Shown: piece after piece, positions 1 through 9,015 of the stretch | Numbering within the stretch: the stretch's first letter is position 1 | Layout: each line of letters starts with the position of its first letter | Source of the DNA: a bacterium | Lineage (GTDB): Bacteria; Zhuqueibacterota; Zhuqueibacteria; Residuimicrobiales; Krinioviventaceae | Length of the DNA stretch: 64,000 nucleotides | Direction: 5' to 3' | Assembly: GCA_963693055.1 (NCBI GenBank) | Contig: OY843751.1 | Location: 3,392,001-3,456,000, forward strand | Position numbers and translations under genes: made by a program | The notes under the pieces: model-generated | The model's input: only the letters and a program-made list of their open reading frames with translations | Told to the model about the DNA's origin: nothing | Databases searched by the model: none

Positions 1-791
1 TAGTCACCGGTAGTCATATTGACCCAATTTACGCCTTCTATGGGGGTCGATTTGCCAATATTCAATTCTTTGTATCCGGGTTTGGTTTTATCCACCAGAT
101 GGGTATTACCCAGACGATGTACCAACCCAACCTCATATTTCATGGTACGATAGGATTCACCTGCCAGATGATAAATATCACCATCCCCCGTACAATCCAC
201 AATCATTTTTGCTACAATTGCACCGCGTCCCGATTTTGTTTCTACCAGTACAGCTTTAATATGGTCATTTTCAACAATCACATTACCTGCCCAAGCATGA
301 TACAACATGCGCACCCCGGCTTCTTTGACCATCTCTTCCATTACATACTTGCCGGCCTCTGGATCTATAATCGTGTTATAATCCCGTATAGCCATGCCCA
401 TATCACGCAGTTTTTGTTCAATTTCTCCACCAATGCCATACAAAACGCGTTTAAACTTTCCGGATTCATCAATTGCATGCGTAGATAACAATGGCAAAAC
501 CAATCCACCGGTCCATAAACCACCCAGATGGTTATAACGCTCAGTGAGAACAACATCAGCGCCGGCCCTACCTGCAGATACCGCCGCCGCTACACCGGCA
601 GGCCCTCCTCCCACCACAAGTACATCCGTTGTTGCCAGGATAGGTATGTCACGCGCAGGTTCACGTATGGTATCAACACCGGTCAAATCCGTAGTTTTAG
701 TCTTAACTGCTTCTTTATTTTCACATCCAGTACTACTCATGACCGCGCCGGCACCTGCAGCCAAAGTGGTTAAAAACCTGCGACGTTTCAT
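1..791 (-). CDS. Tat-exported FAD-dependent oxidoreductase (PF12831-like), 3' end runs off the window
   Basis: Absent from the ORF track. Read manually from ATG at 791 (RBS GGAGG): MKRRRFLTTLAAGAGAVMSSTGC...DVLVVGGGPAGVAAAVSAGRAGADVVLTERYNHLGGLWTGG...VDCTGDGD. Twin-Arg signal, GxGxxG motif, open to the left edge. Confidence 0.85.
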   Translation of the reverse strand, partial: MKRRRFLTTLAAGAGAVMSSTGCENKEAVKTKTTDLTGVDTIREPARDIPILATTDVLVVGGGPAGVAAAVSAGRAGADVVLTERYNHLGGLWTGGLVLPLLSTHAIDESGKFKRVLYGIGGEIEQKLRDMGMAIRDYNTIIDPEAGKYVMEEMVKEAGVRMLYHAWAGNVIVENDHIKAVLVETKSGRGAIVAKMIVDCTGDGDIYHLAGESYRTMKYEVGLVHRLGNTHLVDKTKPGYKELNIGKSTPIEGVNWVNMTTGD

Positions 792-868
792 TTTTCCTCC
801 TCCTGTATTATCTTTGTAATTTTTATAAATTAAGGATTTATTTACGAAAATCAAGCAGGAAACAAAAC

Positions 869-897
869 TTGCATTTCGAACATATGTTCATTATATT
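869..897 (+). promoter_or_regulatory. sigma70-type promoter TTGCAT-N17-TATATT with palindromic operator GAACATATGTTC (878-889) in the spacer
   Basis: Exact 17-nt spacing, 30 nt upstream of the DUF134 gene; perfect 12-bp palindrome. Confidence 0.65.
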
Positions 898-927
898 GTG
901 CCGCATGAATCATCATAAAGGATAAAA

Positions 928-1392
928 ATGTCACGCACAAAAAAACAAAAAATGGTTGAAACACCACCCGTATTTAAAACATTCAAACCGGTTGGGATCA
1001 AACGAAGTAACCTGCAACATCTGGCTCTGAATCTGGATGAATATGAAGCCATAAGACTTGCAGATTATATGGGTTTAGACCATAAAGAAGCTGCAGAAGA
1101 AATGGATATATCACGTCCATCCTTTTCACGTTTAATTGAACATGCAAGAAACAAACTGGCCACATTTCTAATTGAAGGTAAAGCATTGGCTATTGAAGGT
1201 GGAAACATACATTTCAGGGGGAACATATATCAATGTTTACAATGTGATCATATGTTCAATATTAGTATTGAAAACAGTATGAATGAATGTCCATCTTGCA
1301 GTTCAAAAACACTGGTCAATCTTGCTGGCGGCTTTGGTCATGGTGAGTGTTGTGTAAAAAATCTTGAACAGGATGATGAAAACCATGCATAA
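928..1392 (+). CDS. DUF134-family HTH regulator with C-terminal zinc ribbon
   Basis: FKPVG...LNLDEYEAIRLADYMGLDHKEAAEEMDISRPSFSRL...IEGG motif; CLQC...CPSC. Confidence 0.85.
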   Translation: MSRTKKQKMVETPPVFKTFKPVGIKRSNLQHLALNLDEYEAIRLADYMGLDHKEAAEEMDISRPSFSRLIEHARNKLATFLIEGKALAIEGGNIHFRGNIYQCLQCDHMFNISIENSMNECPSCSSKTLVNLAGGFGHGECCVKNLEQDDENHA

Positions 1393-1441
1393 TTTTAAAT
1401 AACAATATTTTAAAAACAAAACGACAAGACTCGAGGAAGTA

Positions 1442-2803
1442 ATGAAAAAGACAGACGTATTGGTAATTGGAAGCAGCGCAGCAGGTTTGGTTGCCGCAAT
1501 AACAGCAAAAACAGTTAATCCGGATAAAGATATCGCAGTAATTCGCAAGGAAGAAAAAACACTGGTTCCTTGTGGAATTCCTTATATTTTTGCTTCAGTA
1601 GAAAGCAGCGACAATAACATTCTGCCATCAGACAAAATGTTTCAAAGCGCAGGAGTAAACCTGACAATTGGCAGTGTATCATCAATATCACGTAATGATA
1701 AAAAATGTATTTTGGAAAACGGTGATGAAATAGCATATGATAAACTGGTAATCGCAACAGGATCTTCTCCCTCTATACCCAAATGGTTAAAAGGCGCAAA
1801 TTTGAATAATGTATTCACTGTTCCCAAAAACAAAGTATATCTTGATGAAATGCAGGAAAAGCTGCAAGACTGCAATAAAGTTATCACTATTGGAGCAGGT
1901 TTTATTGGCGTTGAACTTTCAGACGAGTTGAACAAAGCTGGCAAAGAGGTAACCCTGGTTGAAAAGTTGCCACACATATTAGGATTGGCATTTGATGAAA
2001 AGATTGCCAGCAGAGCAGCCACCCTTTTGACAGAAAGAGGTGTTAATATCAGAACGGGTATTGGTGTTAAAGAAATTGTTGGTGATGGCAAGGTTAGTGG
2101 TGTATTGCTTGAAAATGGAGAGACACTTGAGGCAGACGCCGTTGTTTTAGCAATGGGATGCAAACCCAACTCTCAATTGGCTCTGGACGCAGACTTGCCT
2201 GTCAGTTCAAATGGCTTTATCAAAGTAGATGAATATATGCGTACCGAAGACTCGGATATTTTTGCAGTTGGTGATTGTGCAGAAAAAAGAGATTTTATTA
2301 CCCGCAAGCCCAATTCCGTAATGCTTGCTTCTACTGCATGTGCAGAAGCCAGAACAGCCGGAATCAATTTGTACAAATTGTCCGTTGTTAAGACTTTTAC
2401 CGGAACTATATCTATCTTTTCAACAGCAATTGGAGACACTGGGTTTGGAGTTGCCGGGCTAAACGAGTCTAGAGCGAGAGCAGAAGGATTTGATATCATT
2501 ACCGGAGAGTTTGAAGGAATGGATAAACATCCGGGTACATTACCGGGAACACAAAAACAATTAGTTAAACTCATAGTCAGTAAAGAATCCGGAATCATTC
2601 TGGGTGGTGAAATTGTTGGTGGATTGTCCGTAGGAGAATTGACCAATACCCTGGGATTCATCATCCAAAACCGGATGGATGTAAATGACATTCTGACGTC
2701 ACAAATAGGAACACATCCGCTGTTGACTGCTTCGCCTGCCGGGTATCCCCTGTTAAAAGCAGCCGGTGATGCTGCCAAGAAAAAAATGGGGCTGGCCGCG
2801 TAA
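1442..2803 (+). CDS. FAD-dependent pyridine nucleotide-disulfide oxidoreductase (NADH oxidase / CoA-disulfide reductase family)
   Basis: VLVIGSSAAG; single redox Cys in PCGIPY; ATG motif; IGAGFIGVE; IFAVGDC; C-terminal dimerisation domain. Confidence 0.85.
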   Translation: MKKTDVLVIGSSAAGLVAAITAKTVNPDKDIAVIRKEEKTLVPCGIPYIFASVESSDNNILPSDKMFQSAGVNLTIGSVSSISRNDKKCILENGDEIAYDKLVIATGSSPSIPKWLKGANLNNVFTVPKNKVYLDEMQEKLQDCNKVITIGAGFIGVELSDELNKAGKEVTLVEKLPHILGLAFDEKIASRAATLLTERGVNIRTGIGVKEIVGDGKVSGVLLENGETLEADAVVLAMGCKPNSQLALDADLPVSSNGFIKVDEYMRTEDSDIFAVGDCAEKRDFITRKPNSVMLASTACAEARTAGINLYKLSVVKTFTGTISIFSTAIGDTGFGVAGLNESRARAEGFDIITGEFEGMDKHPGTLPGTQKQLVKLIVSKESGIILGGEIVGGLSVGELTNTLGFIIQNRMDVNDILTSQIGTHPLLTASPAGYPLLKAAGDAAKKKMGLAA

Positions 2804-2821
2804 ATAATTGATCTAAAATAC

Positions 2822-2865
2822 AATAGTCTTATTGCAAATTTATATTGCAATAAGACTATTTTTAT
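2822..2865. terminator. Hairpin between convergent genes, likely terminator
   Basis: 16-bp inverted repeat AATAGTCTTATTGCAA/TTGCAATAAGACTATT followed by a T-run on +. Confidence 0.65.
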
Positions 2866-2867
2866 AT

Positions 2868-4061
2868 TTAATCTGATGCATTCGATGTTTTGAAATGGAA
2901 TTTTAAAATAAAATACCCCAATATACCGGATGCAATAGAGCCTACCAGAATGCCCAGTCGTTCATCAAAAATCAAATCTACACCGGTTTCCTCAAATGCC
3001 AGAGACCCAATAAAGAGACTCATGGTAAAACCTATACCACATAGCGCAGCGGTACCATATAATCGGGTCCAGTTCATACCTTTGGGTAATACAGCTAGAC
3101 CAATTTTCACTGATAACCAACATAACAAGAATATTCCAACTTGTTTTCCAATAAATAATCCCAATGCAATACCCACAGGGACATTATGGAACAACTGGTC
3201 CATGCCACTGCCAATGAGCGTCAGACCCGCGTTTGAAAAAGCAAAGATGGGTAAAATGATAAAAGCGACCGCATCATGCAGGTCGTGTTCCATACTTTTC
3301 AAGGGAGAATAATCAGGATTGGTTTTAGACTGGATGGGTATAAACATTGCCAATACCACACCCGCAAGAGTAGCATGAATACCGGATTTCAACATGGCTA
3401 CCCACATGACGATTCCGATAAAAATATAAACACTTTTCGATTCCACTCCCTTTTTATTCAAAAGCCACAATATGGGGAGCAGCAAGACCACAACCAGCAA
3501 TGCAATTTTAGAAATATTTGATGTATAGAAAACTGCAATGATCAATATGGCCCCAATATCATCAAAAATCGCCAGGGATGTGAGAAAAATCTTGAGACTG
3601 GTAGGCACCTGGGGCCCAAGCAATGAAAGTATACCCAATGCAAAAGCGATATCTGTTGCCGCGGGTATGGCCCAACCCTGTATTGCAGAAGGATCGTTAT
3701 AGTTGAATGCAAAATAAATCAGTGCCGGCACAGCCATGCCTCCAATTGCACCAACACCAGGTAAAATAATGTTTCGCTTGTCGCGAAGTTCACCTTCAAG
3801 CACTTCACGTTTCAACTCCAGACCAATCATGAAAAAGAAAAATGCCATCAGTCCGTCATTGATCCATAAAAGCAGGGGCTTGGCAATTTTTAACGGTCCT
3901 ATAATCACTGCAACTTTAGAGGTTAACAGCAGATCATAATATTCCCGCAAAGGAGTATTGGCTACAACAAGCGCAAGTATAGTGGCAATCATCAGTACGA
4001 TACCACCAGATGATTCTTTTTTCAGGAAATTTGAAATTACGGAATTATTCTCATTCGTCAT
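2868..4061 (-). CDS. nhaA: Na+/H+ antiporter NhaA
   Basis: WINDGLMAFFF, GLELKRE, GWAIPAATDIAF, LAIFDD, GIGFTMSLFI motifs. Confidence 0.95.
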   Translation of the reverse strand: MTNENNSVISNFLKKESSGGIVLMIATILALVVANTPLREYYDLLLTSKVAVIIGPLKIAKPLLLWINDGLMAFFFFMIGLELKREVLEGELRDKRNIILPGVGAIGGMAVPALIYFAFNYNDPSAIQGWAIPAATDIAFALGILSLLGPQVPTSLKIFLTSLAIFDDIGAILIIAVFYTSNISKIALLVVVLLLPILWLLNKKGVESKSVYIFIGIVMWVAMLKSGIHATLAGVVLAMFIPIQSKTNPDYSPLKSMEHDLHDAVAFIILPIFAFSNAGLTLIGSGMDQLFHNVPVGIALGLFIGKQVGIFLLCWLSVKIGLAVLPKGMNWTRLYGTAALCGIGFTMSLFIGSLAFEETGVDLIFDERLGILVGSIASGILGYFILKFHFKTSNASD

Positions 4062-4120
4062 AGATTGTTCCTGTATTTAGTGAGTATTAATTTATACTAT
4101 ATACAAAAATTTCAACAACT

Positions 4121-5413
4121 CTATTTCCAAAACTCGTATACCCTGTCCAAACTTTCCCGTTCTTTTAATATTTTAAAGGATTCACCATCATTGAAATATC
4201 CAACAACTTTGGGTAGTTGTCGGCTATTGTGACGTGACCACATGCCCATGGTATACGCGCCGGTATCATGAATAATGAGATGGTCGCCTTCTTCTAACTC
4301 CGGTAATTCAACATCTCGCGCAATGATGTCCCCTGCAAAACACAAAGGACCGGCAATGGTATACTGGTCTGTTTTATCCAAAGATTTGAGATTCCCCTGC
4401 GCATCAGTAACGGCAATCTCGTGGTGCCAGTCCTGCGGCAAATAGCAGGCACGCATAAGCAGATCTGCTCCCACATGGATCATTGCCGTTTTCACTCCTG
4501 CCAGGTCTTTGACATACTCGACGCGACTAGCAGTCCATCCACAATTGGCGTGCATATATCGCCCAAATTCAGTAAAGAGTCTATATGTACCAATAAAAAG
4601 TTGAGGAAAACGGGACTGCAATGCATCCCGATAATCTTTCATACTGTCAGGAGCAACATCCCGAAAATAGGAAACCGGCAGACCGCCACCCAAATCAAAA
4701 ATATCGATACGTCTGTCACTGCCTGTCTGTTCTAGTTTAGCGTTGACAGTTTCCGCAAACTCTAATACCCGTTCAACGCCATTCAAGAGCAGCTCCATCT
4801 CGCACCCTTGCGATCCCACATGCAAGTGAACACCGGTCAGCCATCCATATTTCAAATATATATTTAAAAGCTCATCGTACATGTCATTCAGAGGAATACC
4901 AAATTTAGAGTATTTCCCCGCCACACTGGTAATCCCTATTTTTCCACTCCCCACCTGTGGATTAATGCGAATACCGATGGTGCTATTGCTTTTATTATCT
5001 TTAAGGAATTCATCAATACGTTCAAGTTCCTGAAAAGAATCAGCATTTACATGAGCACCCAGTTCAAGGGCGTATTCAAGTTCTTGCCGGGTTTTTGCCG
5101 GTGAATCAAAAACCATCTTTTGGGGATCATAACCGCATTTCTCTGCAAAATAGAGCTCGGGTAAGGTAGCGGCTTCTGCTCCGGCTCCCAGAGTTTTCAA
5201 ATAATCCAATAAAGCAATCAGAGGATTCGCTTTTATAGCAACCGAATGCAATGTATCTTTGGGGAACAGGCTTTTTAAATCGTTAAATTTTTCTTCAAGA
5301 AATGACAGATCATGAAACATGACAGCCGTATCGTCAACTGTTAACAGTTCTGAATATTTTAATGCATTTTGTAATGCAATAGATGCTTTTAGATCACTGA
5401 TTCGATTTTGCAT
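4121..5413 (-). CDS. Fold-type III PLP decarboxylase (diaminopimelate decarboxylase-like), second copy
   Basis: AIKANP (PLP Lys), HLHVGSQ, DLGGG, EFGRY, GPLCFAGD, DTGAY; start taken at MQNRISD. Confidence 0.8.
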   Translation of the reverse strand: MQNRISDLKASIALQNALKYSELLTVDDTAVMFHDLSFLEEKFNDLKSLFPKDTLHSVAIKANPLIALLDYLKTLGAGAEAATLPELYFAEKCGYDPQKMVFDSPAKTRQELEYALELGAHVNADSFQELERIDEFLKDNKSNSTIGIRINPQVGSGKIGITSVAGKYSKFGIPLNDMYDELLNIYLKYGWLTGVHLHVGSQGCEMELLLNGVERVLEFAETVNAKLEQTGSDRRIDIFDLGGGLPVSYFRDVAPDSMKDYRDALQSRFPQLFIGTYRLFTEFGRYMHANCGWTASRVEYVKDLAGVKTAMIHVGADLLMRACYLPQDWHHEIAVTDAQGNLKSLDKTDQYTIAGPLCFAGDIIARDVELPELEEGDHLIIHDTGAYTMGMWSRHNSRQLPKVVGYFNDGESFKILKERESLDRVYEFWK

Positions 5414-5497
5414 TTTTCTTCCCGGGTTCAAGTATAAAATAATATAGAAAAAAAAGAACAATTCACAAATGAAATCAGGGATGCAGCTTTAGAAATG

Positions 5498-5524
5498 AAA
5501 AAGCCCAATTCAAAGAACCGGGCC
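5498..5524 (-). terminator. Intrinsic terminator ending the 10074-5532 operon
   Basis: Minus strand GCCCGGTTC-TTT-GAATTGGGC followed by TTTT, just after the stop at 5532. Confidence 0.6.
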
Positions 5525-5531
5525 TGTAAAC

Positions 5532-6308
5532 TTAGATATTATAAATCGCGGATAATCGCACCATCCATCCATTTTTATCTGGGACCGTAGGCAATACACG
5601 CGGTGCCATGCTCGATTGATTGCTCTCGGTAAGGTAAAAAATAGGTCCGGCTCCCAACCGGATTTGCATGGATTCGGTCAACATCTTGACATTGGGACTC
5701 AGCAAAAGTTTTGCACCGCCATCGGCCTCTTCTTCTTCAAAAAAGCCTTCCAAATCTTCGCTCACAAACTCTATTCCCAAATGGAAGCGCTTGCTCACCT
5801 GCATATTGGTACCCATGGAAAACAAAACATCCACAGCATCGCGATCATCAGAAAAAGGCTTTTGTAAAACAAAATTTGCCGCTGTTCCCCATTTTCCTCT
5901 GATCCAGCTAGCAACTAACCGTGTTTGTGCAGTTTGCACAGCTTGGAATTCACGTATCCAGGCGCCACCTACACTAAAGGAAAGACCGTATTTTCTCATT
6001 TTATAGAAATCATACATTAACTCTATTTGTCCTGAAGAGATGGCATTATCATCATCTTTTTCAAATATGGTGGTAGCAACTGCCGATAAATTCAAATTAT
6101 CGCTAAATCCATAAACACCGCCAAGACGCTGTTCCAAACCATCTTCACCAAAGGGCTGTACCGCGCGTAAAGCATAGGCAGATTCATATTTTGTGCGCCA
6201 CTGGTTCTTTTCAACTTGTCCTGGAGTAACCAGATACAAAAAATTCCCATATTGCGCAAAACTCTGTACTGCAAACAACATAACTGCTAAAAGTATCCAT
6301 TTTTTCAT
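5532..6308 (-). CDS. Hypothetical secreted protein, possibly an outer-membrane beta-barrel
   Basis: Signal peptide MKKWILLAVMLFAVQSFA; alternating amphipathic strand pattern; C-terminus RLSAIYNI. Confidence 0.55.
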   Translation of the reverse strand: MKKWILLAVMLFAVQSFAQYGNFLYLVTPGQVEKNQWRTKYESAYALRAVQPFGEDGLEQRLGGVYGFSDNLNLSAVATTIFEKDDDNAISSGQIELMYDFYKMRKYGLSFSVGGAWIREFQAVQTAQTRLVASWIRGKWGTAANFVLQKPFSDDRDAVDVLFSMGTNMQVSKRFHLGIEFVSEDLEGFFEEEEADGGAKLLLSPNVKMLTESMQIRLGAGPIFYLTESNQSSMAPRVLPTVPDKNGWMVRLSAIYNI

Positions 6309-6342
6309 AATCGTTCCATTTGTAATATTATTAAACAGTAAA

Positions 6343-7113
6343 CTAGTTATCGAACAAACCATCAGGATAAAAAGAATTCAGAAAATCCTCATTTTCCAGC
6401 AAGTGTTTATTTACCTCGTTGGAATCCCGTTCAATCAGATATTTTAATTCTTTAATATTATCTGACCATCTTAATCCATTAAAAAACTGCACTCCCTCGA
6501 ACTGGGTCTTGTAGAGTGCTCCACGGCTGTAACATGAACCCAGGTATATATATTCCACTCCCTTTTCCTGCATAAACCGAACTGTCCAGGTCATCATATA
6601 CATGCCCAAATTATTGTGAAAATAATCCAGATCATAAAATGAATAGTAATAAAAGGCCATTTGTGGTTCCTGCAGATACAAAAACACAATACCCACATCC
6701 TGTCCGGTCTCTGTATCAGAAAAAATCAAAACATGAGATATAATGGGCGACTGCATTAACTTGTCCAGACGTTCATAGCTCATCACATCCTGACCGAATT
6801 TAGCATCCGCATAGGTTTTACAAAACTCGCGCCACTGCGATGTAAATTCAAAATCCTCACGAGCAATCAGCCTGGCATTAACACCCTCACCTTTACGTAA
6901 AACACGACGGTTCTCGGACGATGGCGAGAAATCCTTTAATTGAACGCGTATATTCCGGCACAAATAAAACCGGCTGAGATCCGGCTTGTTGGGTAAAAAG
7001 CCCCTGTCAAAAATATCGGCAGGGGTTTCATTTTCTTCCGGCTCAGCCCAAATAGCATAGGGGAATATATAATTTGAATAATCGGATTTATACTCTGAAA
7101 AATATAACTTCAT
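6343..7113 (-). CDS. ATE1/Bpt-like aminoacyl-tRNA-dependent transferase (ATE_C GNAT-like fold)
   Basis: FSPSSENRRVLRK, YYYSFYD, NLGMYM, YIYLGSCY, YKTQF resemble arginyl/leucyl-tRNA-protein transferase motifs. Confidence 0.65.
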   Translation of the reverse strand: MKLYFSEYKSDYSNYIFPYAIWAEPEENETPADIFDRGFLPNKPDLSRFYLCRNIRVQLKDFSPSSENRRVLRKGEGVNARLIAREDFEFTSQWREFCKTYADAKFGQDVMSYERLDKLMQSPIISHVLIFSDTETGQDVGIVFLYLQEPQMAFYYYSFYDLDYFHNNLGMYMMTWTVRFMQEKGVEYIYLGSCYSRGALYKTQFEGVQFFNGLRWSDNIKELKYLIERDSNEVNKHLLENEDFLNSFYPDGLFDN

Positions 7114-7134
7114 AAGATAATAAACACCTTTTCC

Positions 7135-8397
7135 TTATTCCTGTCCCGGAGGCCACATACTCTGGCCCACATCGGTACGATAATAACTACTCAAGCAATA
7201 GATCTTTTTAATGTTCTGATAAGCTTTGGCAATAGCAACATCTAGTGAATTACCAATACCCACAATATCTGCAATACGGTGACCACTCATAAACAAGTGT
7301 TTATTGTTCTTGTCAACCACTTCATTCCACCAGATATCACATTCTGGCTTGCCATTCATTTGTACAGTTAAATATGGTCCGGTTATCTTTGTATAAGGGT
7401 ATCCCCAGCCCGCAAGTGTAAGCACACAGGCATGAGACAAACCACTGTTAAACTCGATATTGAGTTTCTGATTTTTGGCCGTATCCATCATAACCTTGAC
7501 AGGGTGTTTCAACATGCGCAGCAGGGGTAAACCGGCAGTAACTCCGGTACGTACATTGTATTCAAGCACATACCACTTGCCATCACGCTGAGCAGCTGTA
7601 ACCTGAACAGGGCCATTAAAATTGGTCTCCCTGAACCACGGCATAAGTGGATGTAAAAGCTGTTTCGCGAGTCCATATTTATCTTCTGTATCCACCTCTA
7701 CCAGGCCACCCAAAGGTGCACCGGCAACCGGGCCCATATTTCCATCAAATGCGCGCTTGTATTCCTGGTTTGTTACCAGTGAATAGATCTCTCCTCCACT
7801 CACCAGGGCAATATGACCGGCTTCGCGTCTGCCCATATATTCCTGCAGAAATACACCTTCGGCGTAATCTACATTTTCCAGCCAACTTTTGGTATCCACA
7901 ACGGTTTCACAAACTATGGTGTGAACCGGGCTGCCGGGACGGCATAATGGATTTTTAATTACATAAGGACGGGGATTCGCATCAACATATTTTAGAGCAT
8001 CCAACCGATTGGGCGCAACATGAGATTTGGGAAACGGTACATCATACCGCTCACACAATTGACGGGCAAAGTCACGGTCCCGTTCCAATTGCATGGCATC
8101 GTGTATAGGAGAAAAGATGTGAGTACCGGATTGTAAAAATTCATGCGTCCATTTCTCCTGATGCCAGTTAATGGACATGGGAAATACCAGATCAATTTTA
8201 TTTTTTCTAATCAACTCGCAGGGATTAGGAAAATCTTTATTATCAAAAACCTCACCCTCTTGCTGCGGACCATAGTGTCCGTAATCCCGTGTCAAATAGC
8301 AAGAGACTTTGGCACCATCCTCAGACAATATGCGCATTGCAGATTGGGCAAAAGAGCCCATTCCAAACACCATTATATGTGGTTTTCTTCCTAACAT
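7135..8397 (-). CDS. PurD-like ATP-grasp ligase with non-canonical substrate motifs
   Basis: QLERDRDFARQLC, PYVIK, QEY, QEYKRAFDGNMGP, VLEYNVR, YYRTDVG align with PurD; GSGGREHA, GLAAGKGV, NTGGMG and FGDPE are replaced. Confidence 0.7.
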   Translation of the reverse strand: MLGRKPHIMVFGMGSFAQSAMRILSEDGAKVSCYLTRDYGHYGPQQEGEVFDNKDFPNPCELIRKNKIDLVFPMSINWHQEKWTHEFLQSGTHIFSPIHDAMQLERDRDFARQLCERYDVPFPKSHVAPNRLDALKYVDANPRPYVIKNPLCRPGSPVHTIVCETVVDTKSWLENVDYAEGVFLQEYMGRREAGHIALVSGGEIYSLVTNQEYKRAFDGNMGPVAGAPLGGLVEVDTEDKYGLAKQLLHPLMPWFRETNFNGPVQVTAAQRDGKWYVLEYNVRTGVTAGLPLLRMLKHPVKVMMDTAKNQKLNIEFNSGLSHACVLTLAGWGYPYTKITGPYLTVQMNGKPECDIWWNEVVDKNNKHLFMSGHRIADIVGIGNSLDVAIAKAYQNIKKIYCLSSYYRTDVGQSMWPPGQE

Positions 8398-8406
8398 ACT
8401 CTTCCT

Positions 8407-9003
8407 TTATTTAAGGGCGTTCCGTTTTTTAAACAATTCAAACTCTTTTTGTATCTTGTAACCTTTGAACTCTTTACGTATAATATCCATCAAGATGTCG
8501 TCATGATATTCTCCATTCAAATAACAGGCATGTCGTCTTTTACCTGCCGGTTTAAAACCCACTTTTTCATACAAGGCAGCAGCACGCTCATTAAACGCAT
8601 GAACACGTAGATAAAGGCTTTCCAGGTTCATTACATTAAACGCATAATCCATAACCAGCAGCAGGGATTCTTTGCCATACCCCATATTTTTACATTCATC
8701 CGGCCCAATAAAGATACCCAACTCTGCATAGCGATTAGTATAATCTAAACCCAATAGTGATATTGTACCAACTGGCTCACCGGATTTTTTAGCATAAATG
8801 GTAAAGAATCCTTCATTAGGCTTTGCCATATTCTGCAGCCAGTCCAGCTCCTGCTTGTGAGTTAGCAAAATATTTGTAGTGATACCGATCCCATTTTGCA
8901 TATCATGCACCCATTGGCGATATGTATCAGCCAGATCTTCTCGCATGGGACCTAAAATCACCTTATCCCCAACAAGCTTGGGAGAAATTAATTTTGTTTC
9001 CAT
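8407..9003 (-). CDS. GNAT N-acetyltransferase, RimJ/RimL/SpeG type
   Basis: AELGIFIG, NMGYGKE, NERAAALYEKVGF, YHDDILM; RBS GAGGTG before the ATG at 9003. Confidence 0.85.
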   Translation of the reverse strand: METKLISPKLVGDKVILGPMREDLADTYRQWVHDMQNGIGITTNILLTHKQELDWLQNMAKPNEGFFTIYAKKSGEPVGTISLLGLDYTNRYAELGIFIGPDECKNMGYGKESLLLVMDYAFNVMNLESLYLRVHAFNERAAALYEKVGFKPAGKRRHACYLNGEYHDDILMDIIRKEFKGYKIQKEFELFKKRNALK

Positions 9004-9015
9004 AAGGTTCACCTC

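Noticed and set aside
99-819. Short ORFs listed in the track at the left edge
   Set aside because: They are shadows of the minus-strand FAD oxidoreductase at 1-791
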